DNA of 64,000 nt from Geosiphon pyriformis uo1 (taxonomy: Eukaryota; Fungi; Glomeromycota), in the NCBI GenBank assembly GCA_016748015.1, contig JAAOMT010000303.1, forward strand, positions 372,001 through 436,000, read 5' to 3'. Positions 1 to 13,229 of this stretch are shown piece by piece. Both the position numbers and the translations under genes were made by a program. The notes beneath the pieces were generated by a model, which saw only the letters and a program-made list of their open reading frames with translations, was not told where the DNA came from and ran no database searches. Position 1 is the first letter of the stretch. Each line of letters starts with the position of its first letter.

Positions 1-980
1 TTTGATAGCAGTTGGTCTTTGTTGTATTATTATTTAAAACAATATTATGGTATTTTAACCAAAGAAAAACTTGTATAAAAGACATCTAAAATATACAAAT
101 AAGCTGATTTTTATTAATTTCAAACTCTATAACCCATTTAAAATCATTTGATTTGTGATTTATAAGAGTTGTTAACAAATAGAATATATTGTGTTTTTTA
201 TTGTCATGAATTTTAAATCTTTGTATTGTATTTGTAAAGTTACAATCAAGAATAAATGCTATTAAAAATTTTACTTTTAATAATATTTTTTGAATGGTAA
301 TTAATAGATTTGTATATTCCATAAAAAATTGAATCTTTTAAAGAATGTTATCTGAAATTTTTTGATACATCAATGCATATTTTCTAGTATTAAAATATAA
401 TAAATGATTGTGTGTATTATTAAGAATAATGAAAATTATTTTGTATAAGTTTTTGATGCAGTTAATATTGGTATGTCAACTATATTCTTGATGTTTTGAT
501 TTGGTATTCTGATAATTTTAAACATTGATTTTTTTTTTGGTTTATATTGACTGCCAAATTCACATTCAAAAGTGCAATGTTTAATGTTTTCATCTGAATA
601 TTATTTTAATCTTTTTTGAATAACTCTAAATCCTTGTTGTTTACTATAGATTTTTATAATTATGTTAACATTTTTCTATGTTTCAAAAACATAACTGGTG
701 CAAAGTTTTATAGCTAAATAAATGTAAAAAAATCTAATACTAAATATAACTAAAATTATAATCAAAAATTTTATCTCTATTTATAGGTACTTGGTTACTT
801 AATTGAAATAAGTCTTTATTAATGTAATTTTGAAGTTGATTGGCCAGCTTTACATTAAAAATAAGTTTTAAATTAAGATAAAAATTACTTTAATTTTTTA
901 ACACATGGTTTTTTACTAGATATATATACATACTTTTTTTTAAAGACAAACTGGTTATTTTTTTTGCTCTGTGTTTACAC

Positions 981-1954
981 TGTTATTAAAGATTTTTGGT
1001 CTCTTTTCTTGAATGTTGTTAATGCTTGTCTGTTGCTAATTTCACGTTTTTTAGAAGCAGTTGAATTTTCAATAACCGAATTTATCTTCAAATTGTCTTC
1101 TATAATTTGAACTGTTAAGCTTATAAGTAGAATAGCCAATTCTGTATCAGTTACTTTGTGTAGTTATGTTGTAGTAAATGTTAACTCTTTTTCAGGAATT
1201 GCTTATCTGGAAGCTCACTAAAAATGTGTAGTTACTTTGCTATGAAAGTCAACTCTTCTACAGGAATCTCATCTGTAGGCTACCCTAATGATTATGATAA
1301 GAAAAATAAAATAAAATAAAAAAAATGTAAAAGAAATAGAATTGTCAAGAGAAATGTTTTCTATCAAAACCTGGAGTCACTAACAAATTACTGAAATTGG
1401 TAGCTAATCAATTTCAAAAATATTAGTTTGTGTTGAAAGAATTTCAAGTATAATAATCAAAAGATTTGGATTTTGAATATTTAATTTTTATTTGAAATAT
1501 GTAAAAGGTAATTTGTTTCAATTAAGATATCTAAAATAGAATACTATGGTAAGATACTATGAGAAGATATATTTTCTTGAAAAAAGAAGCTCTTTTTTTA
1601 TACAACTTGTTGTAGTACTAGTCTTTAAACTTGCATTTTTCTCTTTGCTACAATTTTTGGTAAACTAAAAATACATTTCGGCAAACTACAAGTTATTTCA
1701 CTGAACTATTGATTATTTCGGCCAATTTTTATTAATTTTGGCGAATTTTAACTATATTAAATAGTTTAGGGTATTGTGTAATTTGATTATCTTAATTTCT
1801 ATGGTACAAATCAAATTATTGATTGAGTAATAATATTTGATAATTTGATTAAATAATAAGTAATAATCGAAATAATAATAATATATGCTAATTAATAATA
1901 GAACTTATGAAGGTAATTTTATGCTAATTAATAGCTGAAATTCTACTGGTAACA
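981..1954 (-). mobile_element. Solo LTR of Gypsy family A
   Basis: Reverse complement of the LTRs at 35114/43907. TGTTA...TAACA termini. 4-bp TSD ACAC at 977-980 and 1955-1958. Confidence 0.92.
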
Positions 1955-3444
1955 ACACTAAAATATTAACTTTAATATAATACATAACATATAAAATATT
2001 ATATTTAAAATTGCTAATATATTATTAATCATAATATTAATTAATATATTTAAGTAAATGTTATCTAAAATAGTTTGAAGAGTTAAACTTTACATAATCT
2101 GTTGTTTTTAATACTTTAGAATCTATAATTCATATTTGGTACACAAATTTTCAATTACACCAAAAATTTTAATGTGTTTTTATATTATAATATACAGATA
2201 GTATGTATTAAATTCAAAAATTATGTAATGTAATATATGTAATTTATTTTTAACCAATAAAAATAATTAATATTATATAATTTAAAACTGATTAATAAAA
2301 CAAATAAAGTTATATATCACAATATTAAATTACATGCTTTTCTGAAGTTGTTACAAATTTTTTTTTGTAACAGATTGTTATAAATCTATTAATTTTAATT
2401 AATATTAGTATAAAAAAACTAATAAAAATATCAAATAAATATTTTTGTTTTTTTTAGTTATTTAAAAAATAATTATAATAAATTGTTTAAAAAATAATAA
2501 TTAATTATATAATTCTATTATTTGATTTTAAAAATTAAATTAATAACATAAAAATTAAACCTAATTTTTTATCTAGTTTTATTAATTCTAAAATAATTAT
2601 AAAAGTTAAAAAACAACTCTTTGTCTTCTTAATTTTATGATCATAATTAAAACAAAGAGTAAAAAACAGTACTTGTTATTTTTCCTATAGTAACTAATAA
2701 AGTTTCAACATAAAAGAGTCTTTTTGTTATTAAAGCAGCTAAATATAATGTTTTGGCTATATTTTTCTTAAATATTAATAGTAAAAAGCTGCTTTTAGTG
2801 ACTATTAGAGCATCTTTTTTATCTTTGGCTGGTTTTTTACCAGTCAAAGTTCTTTCAAAGAGACACATTTGGATTAATCTTAGTGTTGTTTCTACTTTTT
2901 TCAAGAGCCCAAAGGTCTTTAATAACAGACTAGTTAACAAACTGGTCTTTTCTTCTATAGCTTTTATATCTGGTGCTGCTAGTATCACTTCTTCAAACAA
3001 AATAATTAAAAAAACCAAAGATTCAAAAAAGTGGGAGCAGTTGCTTGTTTTTGTTATTGTTATACCAAACTCTTTTGTGGTTTCAACTGAAATCTTAAAT
3101 AAGATCTCTACTATTTTATTCAGCATATCATTCAAAATAGGCCAAGATCAACTACTGGTTGTGTTGCCAAATGTGGTGTTTTTTGGTAAATTTTTACTGA
3201 TTTTAAAAGCAAAACAATCATTTTTTATTGGGTTATCTGTTTTTAAGAACTAGACTAATCAAATAAAAACTGAATCATTTTCTCTAGTTTCTGGTGCTGC
3301 CACTGATAGTGCTTGGAAAACTATTATTAGTTATCAAAAATTTATTGGATAAATGGTCTTTACTCTAATACTTAGTAATATTTTTAAGATCAAATTGGCT
3401 TATGTTCAAGCTGTTTTTTAGTCTGTATATGGTTTTTTGAATGT

Positions 3445-4295
3445 TCTTACAGAATGGTTTTCTTGGTATATTTAATTGCCAATATTCCATTTTAATTGCA
3501 ATCAGTCTCTTGTGAGTTCCTCAATTCTATTTGTGTGATAATGTTACTTGTTATACTGAAGACTTTCTCTTTAATATTGCGATCTAAGTTATTTCTCAAT
3601 TCCTGATTGTTGTGTGTATTTATGTACTTCTTCTCAGAGACTGAACTGAAATCTATCCACTGTTTGGAGTCTTCTCTGAGGCTATCTTTGCAATTGTCTA
3701 ATGTGTTTCTCTAATCTAGAAACACGGAATGTTAATAATCTTTAGCACTTTTCCTAATTCTTACAATAAAGCTTTTATCAATTAGTAACAACATGAATAA
3801 TCTTGATCAGGAATTATTCTTCCAAGGGATTCAGCTGATGAATAATAGTTTCATTCAATAAATAATACAAGTAAGTTTCTTAACACATTGGATTCAGTTT
3901 TTAATATTCTTTTTCATTTCTTTTTGATTAAAAGTTTTTGTGGATATTTATTTTTAAAAATAAAGACTAGAAGATAATTAAAGTGGAACTGTTGAATGAA
4001 TTGTTTTGTTGGATGATATCATTTTTCTCAATATTAAAGCTACTGTATATATACATGTTTGTAGTTCTATGAGAAAACACATTGTAATACTTTCTTTTTG
4101 ATATTTCAACCTGGTGTTTGCTGCTATCACCAGTTGGTGTTGGCTGCTATTGTGAACTGGTGCTTGCCACTATCACAAGATGGTGTTTGCTACTATGTTA
4201 ATTATTATCTTTCTAAGATTATTACTGCACTATATTATGATTGAATAGTTTATATTATTTTTATGATTTTTTTGCTAAATTCTTAAACCATAACA
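3445..4295. mobile_element. Solo LTR of a third family (C)
   Basis: TCTTACA (eroded TGTTACA)...CATAACA termini. TSD ATGT at 3441-3444 and 4296-4299. The host ORF (GFLNV-KSVSK) rejoins when it is removed. Confidence 0.85.
4112..4197. repeat. 23-bp tandem repeat (about 3.7 units) inside the family C LTR
   Basis: TGGTGTTTGCTGCTATCACCAGT / TGGTGTTGGCTGCTATTGTGAAC / TGGTGCTTGCCACTATCACAAGA / TGGTGTTTGCTACTATG. Confidence 0.85.
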
Positions 4296-5472
4296 ATGTA
4301 AAATCAGTGTCAAAAAACAATTTGAAGTTTTTTTGTATGAAGTTTGCTTTCTAAAGTTCTTTAAATGTAGTGTTTTTAATTAAGCTTACAAGTTTTGTTT
4401 ACCTTGTCATTCTTAAAATTGTCAAGTCTTTGGTAGTTTCTGAATCTGGCTCTCTTTTTGCTGTTGTTGTGCTATATGATGTACTTTTAAGTATGTTTGC
4501 TGCTAACATTAAGACAGCTTTCAGTGTTTTTGATATGGTTACTCATATTGTGCTAAAGTCTGTTGGCATTTGGCAATATATGATAATTTATTTCGAAAAG
4601 TTGGACTTTGCTGTATCTATTTTGTCTTATTAATCAGTTTTAATGAACAGAGATAGTATTAGAATTTTTTTCTTGGTAAATCAAAATAAGACTATTCTGT
4701 CTTGTAATAAATTTAAGACCAAACTGGTTAATTTTTTTTCTGACTGTATAGCTTTTAAGATTAATAATATGATTTTTTAGATTGATAGTCAGACATGTTT
4801 TATTCTTTGCTTTCTTAAATTTGGTTGTTACTCCCAGTTTGCTCTGATTATGTTTGGTTCTCAAGTTGATTTGGATGCTATAGTATTTAAGACTAGTACA
4901 CTAAGAAAGTTCCATATCTAGTGAAAAATTTCTAAAAATTAATGCTGTTTTTAATGCCAAAGTTCAGATCATCTGGCTTTAGATTATAAGATGTCTCTAT
5001 CTTTTCCTCTTAAAAATTTCAAGGTGTTTATTTCTCATGTTGTTGGTAACAAGTCTTATGTTAAAGCTGCTGCTCTTGTGCTTTTTTCAGTTTCTAGTTC
5101 TTTAGTTGGTTCAGTTCTTTTTGTTAATATAATATCTGATAACTTTATGATCTCTTTTTAGTTGACCTCTTTGAAATTGAAATTGGCCAAGCTTTTTAAT
5201 CTAGTTAATTCTATTGTTAAGTCTGTTGGTTTCATGATAAAAGTATTTGAATAATTTGTTAATGAAAACTTGGTTTTGAGTAGTGTTTTTGGTTTTAGGG
5301 TTAATAAAATTTTGATACACATAAGTTTTTTTAGCAAAGCTGTTGGTAAGCTAAAACATAAAATAATTGCTTTAAAAACTAAATGTGGTTATGCAAACAT
5401 TAATATGTCTGGCCCTTATATAGATTTGTTTTTTATTAATAATAATATGTTTTCTAATTTGATGTTTTTTTT

Positions 5473-6347
5473 TACATTTAATGAATAAAATCCAAATGCG
5501 GCTTAGACTATAAACCATTCAAATAATCTAAACTAAGTGTGAATTATGCATTTTCTACACATGACTAGCCACTTAGGCCAATCAGAATGACACTAGACAC
5601 TTATATGAACAGAAACCTCATCCCCAATACCTGAAAAAAACAAACAGGACTTACAAAATCCGAAACTAACACCAAACACATTAGCAATACCCAATAACCT
5701 AATTACACCAGCCAAAAAACCAAAGAGTGACCAGCAACTGGGATAAAAATAGAACTATTATGTGGGATCAATCCATTTTTTTCTATAAAAGCCTGGTGCT
5801 TGGCACAAACCAACCAAACATTATCATAGAACACAAGACAAAATACACACACAAAATTCACAATATTTTGACCTGCAATCTTAGAATCTTTGAATACAAA
5901 AACAGACTCATGATACCATTCATTAAAAACAAAGTCCTTAAACAGAGCTGTTCTAACCACCAAATTGAAGCCACAAGTAGACAAAAACTGAGAAACATGT
6001 GAAGAAGAATAAAACAAACCAAAGCACACTTCCCAAGCTGAAGCATAAACGGTCATCAACTTAGCATGACTAGCAGTCTCAAATGGACAAGAGAAGATAT
6101 GATCTGAAACTTCGACATCACCACAGAATAAACACACCACACTAGAATATTGCCTATTATACAGCCACTTACACACAGCAACTGAAAGTTGGTGATACAA
6201 AGCTTTCATAAAATATGTGTAAAAGCCAGCAGTCTGTGCACTAATAAAGCCAGCAGTCAAATAAGAATCTGGATGCCACACCAAAGATGATCTTGTTCAA
6301 TCAATATTGTTACAAAGACTTTTTGCCACAACCTGAGAACCAAAGCC
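5473..6347 (-). mobile_element. 5'-truncated LINE (ORF2 C-terminal zinc finger plus 3' UTR)
   Basis: ORF 5703-6284 (WHPDS...CLFCGDVEVSDHIFSC) matches 45472-46188. Poly(T) at the left end. Approximate TSD TTTGATGTT..TTT at 5458 and 6348. Confidence 0.88.
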
Positions 6348-6699
6348 TTTGATGTTACTTTAAAAACATAAATCTGTTGCTGTTAAGACTGATGTTTTTA
6401 AAATAGCTGAGTGGTTGGTTGAATTAGTTAATAATAGTCTTATATTATTTGAAATTATTCAAAAGATGTCATCTTTAAATAAGTTTTCTTTCAGAGTATT
6501 AATGTAGTATAGCCTAAATTGGCTTGAATAACTGGTTATATATAAAAAATATGTAAACTATATTTAGCATTGGAACACTTAGTTTGTTCTTAACTTTTAG
6601 ATTGTAGTTAGGTCTTGCTTATTAAATCTAATAATAATAATAATAATAAAATTGATAATAATTTTTTATATATATATTTTTTTTATATTTTTATAATTA

Positions 6700-7330
6700 T
6701 AACTAAAACAAAAAGTAAAAAATTACAATTTTTTTTATTTTAATGCTTAATAAAACTGTAAAAATTAAAAATTTATTTTAAATTGTATTTTAAAATAATA
6801 TTAATTATTAAAAACAATATTATATGTTTTTATATAAAGTTTTTATTTTAAGTTTTTTTAAATATTATTATATAAATTAAACTTATTAAATTATTTTTTT
6901 TGTTTATTTTTAAGATTGTTAAGTTTTTAATAATTTTTAAATTTATATTTTTTTACTGTTATTGTTTTATAAAATATTTTTTAATTAATAATATTAAAAA
7001 TACTTTTAGTGTTTTTGATAAAATTTTTAATATTAAATTAAAATTTGCTAATATTTGACAATATATTATTGTTTATTTTAAGTTTATATTGCTATTATAA
7101 CTGTTTTTGCTTATTAATTAGTTTTAATAAAAAAAGATAATATTAGACTTTTTCTTATATTTAATCAAAATTATTATTTTAAGATCAAATTAATCAATTT
7201 TTTTTAACTATATAATTTTTTAATTTTTTTTAAAAATAATTAAACTTATTTGTTTTTTGTATTACTAAATTTTATTAGTATTTAAAATATGTAATTATTA
7301 TGTTTGGTTAAAAAATTATATATTTTTTAT
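6700..7330 (+). mobile_element. Heavily eroded, internally deleted fragment of the ORF1-only element
   Basis: 6700-6730 resembles 2644-2670, and 7100-7230 resembles 4620-4760, allowing for C>T/G>A decay. Confidence 0.5.
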
Positions 7331-7339
7331 TTATTAGAT

Positions 7340-9620
7340 ATTTAACAAGTATAGTTTAATTACTATTTAAAAGTTAAGAACAAATTAAGTATTTTAATGT
7401 TAAATAAAATTTATATGCTTTTTACATATAACCAGTTGCTTAAATCAGTTCAAACTATACTATGTTAAAACTCTAAAAAAAACTTATTTAAAGAAAGATA
7501 TTTTTTGAACAATTTTAAACAAATAATATTGTTAAAAACCAATTTAACTAACTAATTAGCTGTTTTAAAGACATTAGTCTTAATTTTAGTAAATTTATAT
7601 TTTCAAAGTAATAATAAATTAGAAAACATATTATTATTAATAGCAAACAAACTCATATGAGAACCAGATATATTAATATTATTATAATTATATTTAGCTT
7701 TTAATACAACTATTTTTTATTTTAATTTATTAACAGTTTTGCTAAAAACTCTTATATATACCAGAATTTTATTAATTTTAAGACTAAAAAAACTGTTTAA
7801 CATGAGATTTTTCTTAATGAATTATTCAAAAACAGTAATTAAAAAACCAACAAATTTAGTAATAAATTTAACCAATATAATCAATTTGGCCAAATTAACT
7901 TCTAAAAAAACCAAAAAATTACTAAAAGATTATCAACAACTATAAAAAAAAACAAGAGTTATCAAAAGTGAAAATTCAGAAAAACTCAAAAAAACAGAAG
8001 TTTTAACATAAAATTTAGCATCTACAAAATTCAATATAAACACTTTAAGAATTTTGAAAAGAAAAGATAAAAACACCTTATAATTTACAGCTAAATAACT
8101 TATTTTTTAACACCTAAAACAGTATTAACAATCAGAAGTTTTTCATAAAATACAACATTTTTTTAATGTATTAGTTTTAATTACTACAACATCCAAATTA
8201 GCTTAAAATCTAAATATAATTAAAACAAACCAGAAACAATAATTAGAATTAGAAAAACAAAAAATAAAACACATTTAATTATTAATTTAAATAATCATAT
8301 AACTAATTTCAAAAACAATACAACCAGAAAAATGATTAACCAACTTGGCCTTAAATCTATTATGAAACAAAATAGTTTTATTTTAATTTATTAAAAAAAA
8401 ATCTTAATATTATTTTTATTTATCAATACTAATTAATAATTTAAAGCAGATATAACAGTATTTAGTTTTTTAAAATAAACAACAACATATTGCCAAATAC
8501 TAATAAACTTTAATATAACACAGATAATCTTATCAAACTTATTAAATACTATCTTAATATTAACAGCAGACACACTCAGAAACATATTATACAGCATAAC
8601 AGCAGTAAAAAAAAACCAAATTCAAAAATTATCAAAGATTTGGCAATTTTAAAGATAACCAAATAAATAAAACTTGTGAACTTAATCAAAAATACAGTTT
8701 TCAAAAACTTTTGAAAAGCAAATTTTACACAAAAAGCTTTATATTGTCTTTTAAAACTAACTTTATATTTAAAAAACCATATACAAACTGGAAAATAGCT
8801 TTAATATAAGCCAATTTAATCTTAAAAATTGTACTAAACATTAGAGTAGAAGCTATATACTTAGCAAATCTTTAATAATCAGTAATAGTTTTCTAAGCAT
8901 TATTAATAATAGTATTAAAAACCAGAAAAGATAATAATAAACCAGTTTTTATTAGTTAAACCAGTTTTCAAGAACAGATAATCTAACAAAAAACTATTGC
9001 TTTGTTTTTAAAACCAGCAAAAATCTGCTAAAAAACATCATATTTAACAATACAGTCAATAATTAATCTTGGATTATTTTAAACAATATATTAAATAATA
9101 CAATAAAAATTTTACTTAAGATTTTATTTAAAATCACAAAAAAATTTGGTGTAATAATAGCAAAGCAAGCAACTACTTCTATTTTTTAAAATCTTTGGCT
9201 TTTTAATTATTTTCAAAGAAATAATATTAGTAGTATTAAGTATAATAACAATGATTGGAAAGATTAATTTGTTAACTAGTCTATTATTAAAAACTTTTAA
9301 GCTTTTAATAAAGATAAAAGCAACATTAAAACTGATCCAAATATGTCTTTTTAAGAGAACTTTGACTGATAAAAAACCAGTTAAAAATAAAAAAGATGTT
9401 TTAACAGTTATTAAAAACAGCTTTATACTATTACCATTTAAAAAAAAAGCTTTTAAAATATTTTGTCTAGCAGTTTTTACAACAAAAAAAACTTTTTTGG
9501 TTAAAACTTTATTAGATATTTTAGAAAAAATATTATGTACAACTTTTTTGTTTTTTGTTTTAATTATAGTTATAATATTAAAAAAACAAAGAGTTTTAAT
9601 TTATTTTAAATTATATTTTG
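7340..9620 (-). mobile_element. ORF1-only (HAL1-like) non-LTR element, copy 2, uninterrupted, about 2.3 kb
   Basis: Colinear reverse complement of copy 1 without its inserts. Antisense ORFs 9251-9640 and 2647-3135 are homologous. 3' UTR at about 7340-7465. Confidence 0.82.
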
Positions 9621-10178
9621 TAAAAACTTTTAAATATTAATATTATTTTTACTGTTAAAATTTTAATTATTTGATTTTTAATTATAAAATATTTACTTTT
9701 TTTAAAAAAGTTTTTGTTTAAATTTGTAGTTAATTTTAAAATTTTTGAGCTTTGCTTTATTAATATAAATTTTATATTAAAATTTCTGTTTTTTGATTTT
9801 TTTTGTTGTTATTATAATTGTTAATTTTGTAATTAATCTTAGATTAACTTTTTTAAAATTTGAATTAACAAAATTAAAATTGCTGTTGATTATTTATTGT
9901 GATAATACTAACTTAAAAAATTAGTTATAAATAGATATACTATTATTAAAACAAAAATATCTTTAATTAATATAAACAATTATTCTTTTGATTAAAACAT
10001 TTAAAATATTTTATACTTTTTATAAATATTAAACCAAAAATTATTCAAATATTATCTTAATAACTTTTTTCTCTCTTACCTCCAAAAATCCTTAAAAAGT
10101 GCATTTTCTGAAAAAGAAGTTTTTATTTTTTCTTGTTAGTTTTTTCTCAATATTTTTTTAAACAATAACCCCTTCATT

Positions 10179-11989
10179 ATGGATTTGAAGACTGCTTCAG
10201 GCAGTGATATGTCAAAAAAGAAAGCACCCAAAAGTGCTTTCCATGGTTCTGCTGGTGGTTCTTTTGCTCAGAAAAAAAAGGTGGTTTTTGACAATATTAA
10301 ACACTCTGATGATGAGAAGAATATCTCTTTAAGTAAATCTGGGCCTGGTAATAGTGTATACTCTGATGTGGATAGTCTGTCTGGTGATAATGAGGATGTT
10401 GGCATAACAGATGTAAATGGAGGGTCCCTTCTGGGTTTGGCTGCAACCACTCCCAAGATGAAACATATTGATACTGATACAATATTTGGCTTTCCGCTTG
10501 GCTCTCCTGATTTTACTATGGATGATGATAAAATTGTGCTTCCTCCTCGCTTGTCTATCTCTCTGGAAAAAAAGTGAATTGATCCTAAGATTATTAAGAC
10601 TCCTGTAGAAGTGTCAGTTAAGAGGTTATTTGTTTTAGATATTAATCTCTCAGCTGTAGAAAGAAAATCTGCAATGGCAAAAACTCAGTTAATTAAGAAA
10701 ATTTTTTCAATAGTCAATGGTTTTGGAGGGGTCACTACCTCTTCAAAATTTGAAAGGATCATTCAATCAACGTTTACTTCAGAAGAAAGCATGGAAGTGG
10801 CTGCATTATTGGTTAGAAAAAAAGAAATCGACGTAAACAGCAATCTCAAGAGACAAGGAATGAGGTCAGATTGGGGTGTGGTAATCAAAGAAATTTCCAT
10901 AAATACTCTTAAAGATATAATCATCACCATAGTATCTGAGTTTGGAGAAATTAAGTTGATCAAAATTCAACTAATAGGAATGTGGCAAAAAGCTGTGATG
11001 GAGTTTGCTAAATTGGGCCAAACTAATTCATTAGCCTTTAGGTGGTCATTTCTAATTGGTAAGAATTCTGTACAAGTAGCCAAAGCAGTGGGAGATTGTG
11101 AAATTTGGGTATCAAGGAATCAGTTCAGGGCACTTTTATTTACTTTGCCAATAGGAACTATAGCACATGATCTTGAGACTCTTCTTAATAGAGCTGGTGG
11201 GAAAACTTGTGTCATAAACAGATTTCTGAAAACTGGTAATAAGATTCATTGTACTGTTGTTGGTTTTGAATCTGATAATGACCTGAAATCTGCCTTTTGC
11301 ACAGAGCTGATTTTTGGTGGTATTAAACTTTCTTGGGCAAGGATGGATCTGGTTCGGTGTGAAAAATGTGAGAAGTTTGGTCATTCTGCTTTGAAATGTG
11401 ATGCATCTATTGCATCTCCATCCAAGCCTTTAAGAACATTTAAAAGGGTTGCTTCTGATGGATGTCATTTTCAGTTGGCAAAGTTGTATGAAAAAAAAAG
11501 TGTTCCAATATCTTGCCCCACTGCCTTTGGTGGCAAATCTTGGGCCCAGGTGGTCTCACTTGCTGGTTTTTCTGGTGGTTTTTATTTCAGTTTTGGTTCC
11601 GGCTCTGGCACTCCTTTTTTTGGTGTCTTAGATTCAGACAGTGGTTTTCCTCTCACTTCAGCCAATGACTCTTCTTTAAATATCTGTCTGGCCACTTTAG
11701 AACACTTTTTGGAGCTCTTAACAGATCAGGTGTTTGGTATATTAAAAAAGTTAGGTGACATAGAACTGGTACCAAAGGCAACCTCTTCTGGTGTTTTTTT
11801 TCCAGCCACTCCTACCTCTTTGGTGCCACTTTTGGATGTGAATATGATTTTTCCAAGGTTTTGATCTCTAAGGTGGGCAGATTGGAATCAAAAATGTTAG
11901 CTTTTGAGGTCTCAATCAGTTCAGTTTTGGAAAAGTTGAATTGTCTGTGTTCTAGTGCAGGTTCTTCAACTCCTTTTTTATCTCAATGA
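10179..11989 (+). pseudogene. LINE ORF1 (RRM-like domains, CCHC knuckle, coiled coil)
   Basis: ORFs 10179-10577 and 10611-11864 are in one frame, with CEKCEKFGHSALKC. Frameshift or deletion near 11850, then ...STPFLSQ-TGA at 11987-11989. Confidence 0.88.
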
Positions 11990-12247
11990 GTGGTTTGGTG
12001 TAGAAAGTGACTACTTGTAATGTTCAAAGTCTCAATGTTCTTGCTAAGCAGGAAGACATTGTTTGTTGACATAAAGAGTCTGGAAATATGGTTTTTATTA
12101 TTACAGAAATGAAATTGAGGTTCAGTAGCAAGTCTTGAATTGCTAACAAGTTTGAGGGTGTGCATGTTTTTATGTCTGGCTTGGATAGAGGTTTTCTGGG
12201 TGCTGGAGTTGCTGTGATTATGAACAATTCATTGGCTTGTTATGTGT
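11986..12247 (+). pseudogene. LINE ORF2 part 1: APE endonuclease N-terminus
   Basis: MSGLV*KVTTCNVQSLN...ITEMKL...GAGVAVIMNNSLACYV, showing the APE N-terminal N-V-x-G/S-L-N, E and GVA motifs. Confidence 0.85.
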
Positions 12248-13229
12248 TGTTACCAGACGAAATTAGAGATATTATTTAGCATGAAATTATCTTATAAATC
12301 CTATCATTAATTAGCATATATTATCATTTCAAATTATCACCTATTACATTAGCAAAATGTCTGAAATTATTATTTAATTAATAACCCAATTTGTACACAA
12401 CACAAATGTAACCTAATTGTGATGATTAAATTATGCAATACTCCAAACTATATAACATTCAAAAGTTTGCTAAAATTTGTAGAAATTTGCCAAAATAATT
12501 AATAGTTCACCGAAATATCTAATAGTTCACAGAAATAACTTGTAGTTTGCCAAAATGTATCTTTAGTTCAGCAAAATTGTAGAAAATAGCAAAGTTCAAG
12601 TTCATAGAATAGTGTTATAACAAGTTGTATAAAAGAAGAGCATCTCTCTTCGAGAAAATGTATCTTACTTTAGATTTATTTCTTAAAAACTGTTCCTATA
12701 CACACAAAAAAAAATAAATATCAAATAATTCAAAAAACCAAATTCTTTAATTATTGTACTTGGAAAATCCCCAAAACCCAACTAACATTTTGAAATTGAT
12801 TAGCTACTAATTTCAGTAAACTGTTAGTGACTTCAGGCCTGGATAGAAAACGTTTTTCTTGACAGAAATTCTATTTCTTTTACATTTCTTATATTTCTCT
12901 TTTATTTTCTTATTACAATCATTAGGGTAGCCTACAGACGAAATTCCTGTAGAAAAGTTGACTTTCACAGCAAAGTAACTATACATTTTTAGTGAGCTTC
13001 CAGACAAGCAATTCCTGGGAAAGAGTTGACATTTACTACAACGTAACTATATAAAGTAACTGGCATAGAATTGGCCATTCCACTTATAAGCCCAGCAGTT
13101 CAAATTATAGGAGATAATTTGAAGATAAATTCAGTTACTGGAGGTCCAACTACTTCCTGGAAACATGAATTCACAACAAATCAACATTAACAACATTTAA
13201 GAAAAGAGACCCAAAAACCTCTGGTAACA
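12248..13229 (+). repeat. A1 5' LTR (982 bp)
   Basis: TGTTACCAG...CTGGTAACA inverted termini, TATAAAA at 12628, direct repeat of 21122-22104. Confidence 0.96.

Larger units (their letters stand above)
2610..6650 (+). mobile_element. ORF1-only (HAL1-like) non-LTR element, copy 1, interrupted by a solo LTR and a truncated LINE
   Basis: Degraded ORF homologous to LINE ORF1: RRM-like FDMVTHIVLKSVGIWQY vs FGEIKLIKIQLIGMWQK, decayed zinc knuckle near 4945-4990, GNKSYVKA vs GGKSWAQV. It ends in TAG near 6507, followed directly by a LINE-type 3' UTR and an (AAT)n tail. 5' boundary approximate. Confidence 0.8.

Noticed and set aside
86-322. 78-aa minus-strand ORF with faint hAT-like LIAFILD motif
   Set aside because: Too short and AT-biased; no terminal inverted repeats or other transposase motifs seen.
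1960-2600. Possible MITE or promoter-like remnant (CCAAT-like words)
   Set aside because: No definable termini or TSD in highly eroded sequence.
12935-13020. CAGACGAG resembling the hammerhead ribozyme core CUGANGA
   Set aside because: The core has A instead of U, is paired within a local stem, and lacks a correctly placed GAAA/NUH three-way junction.
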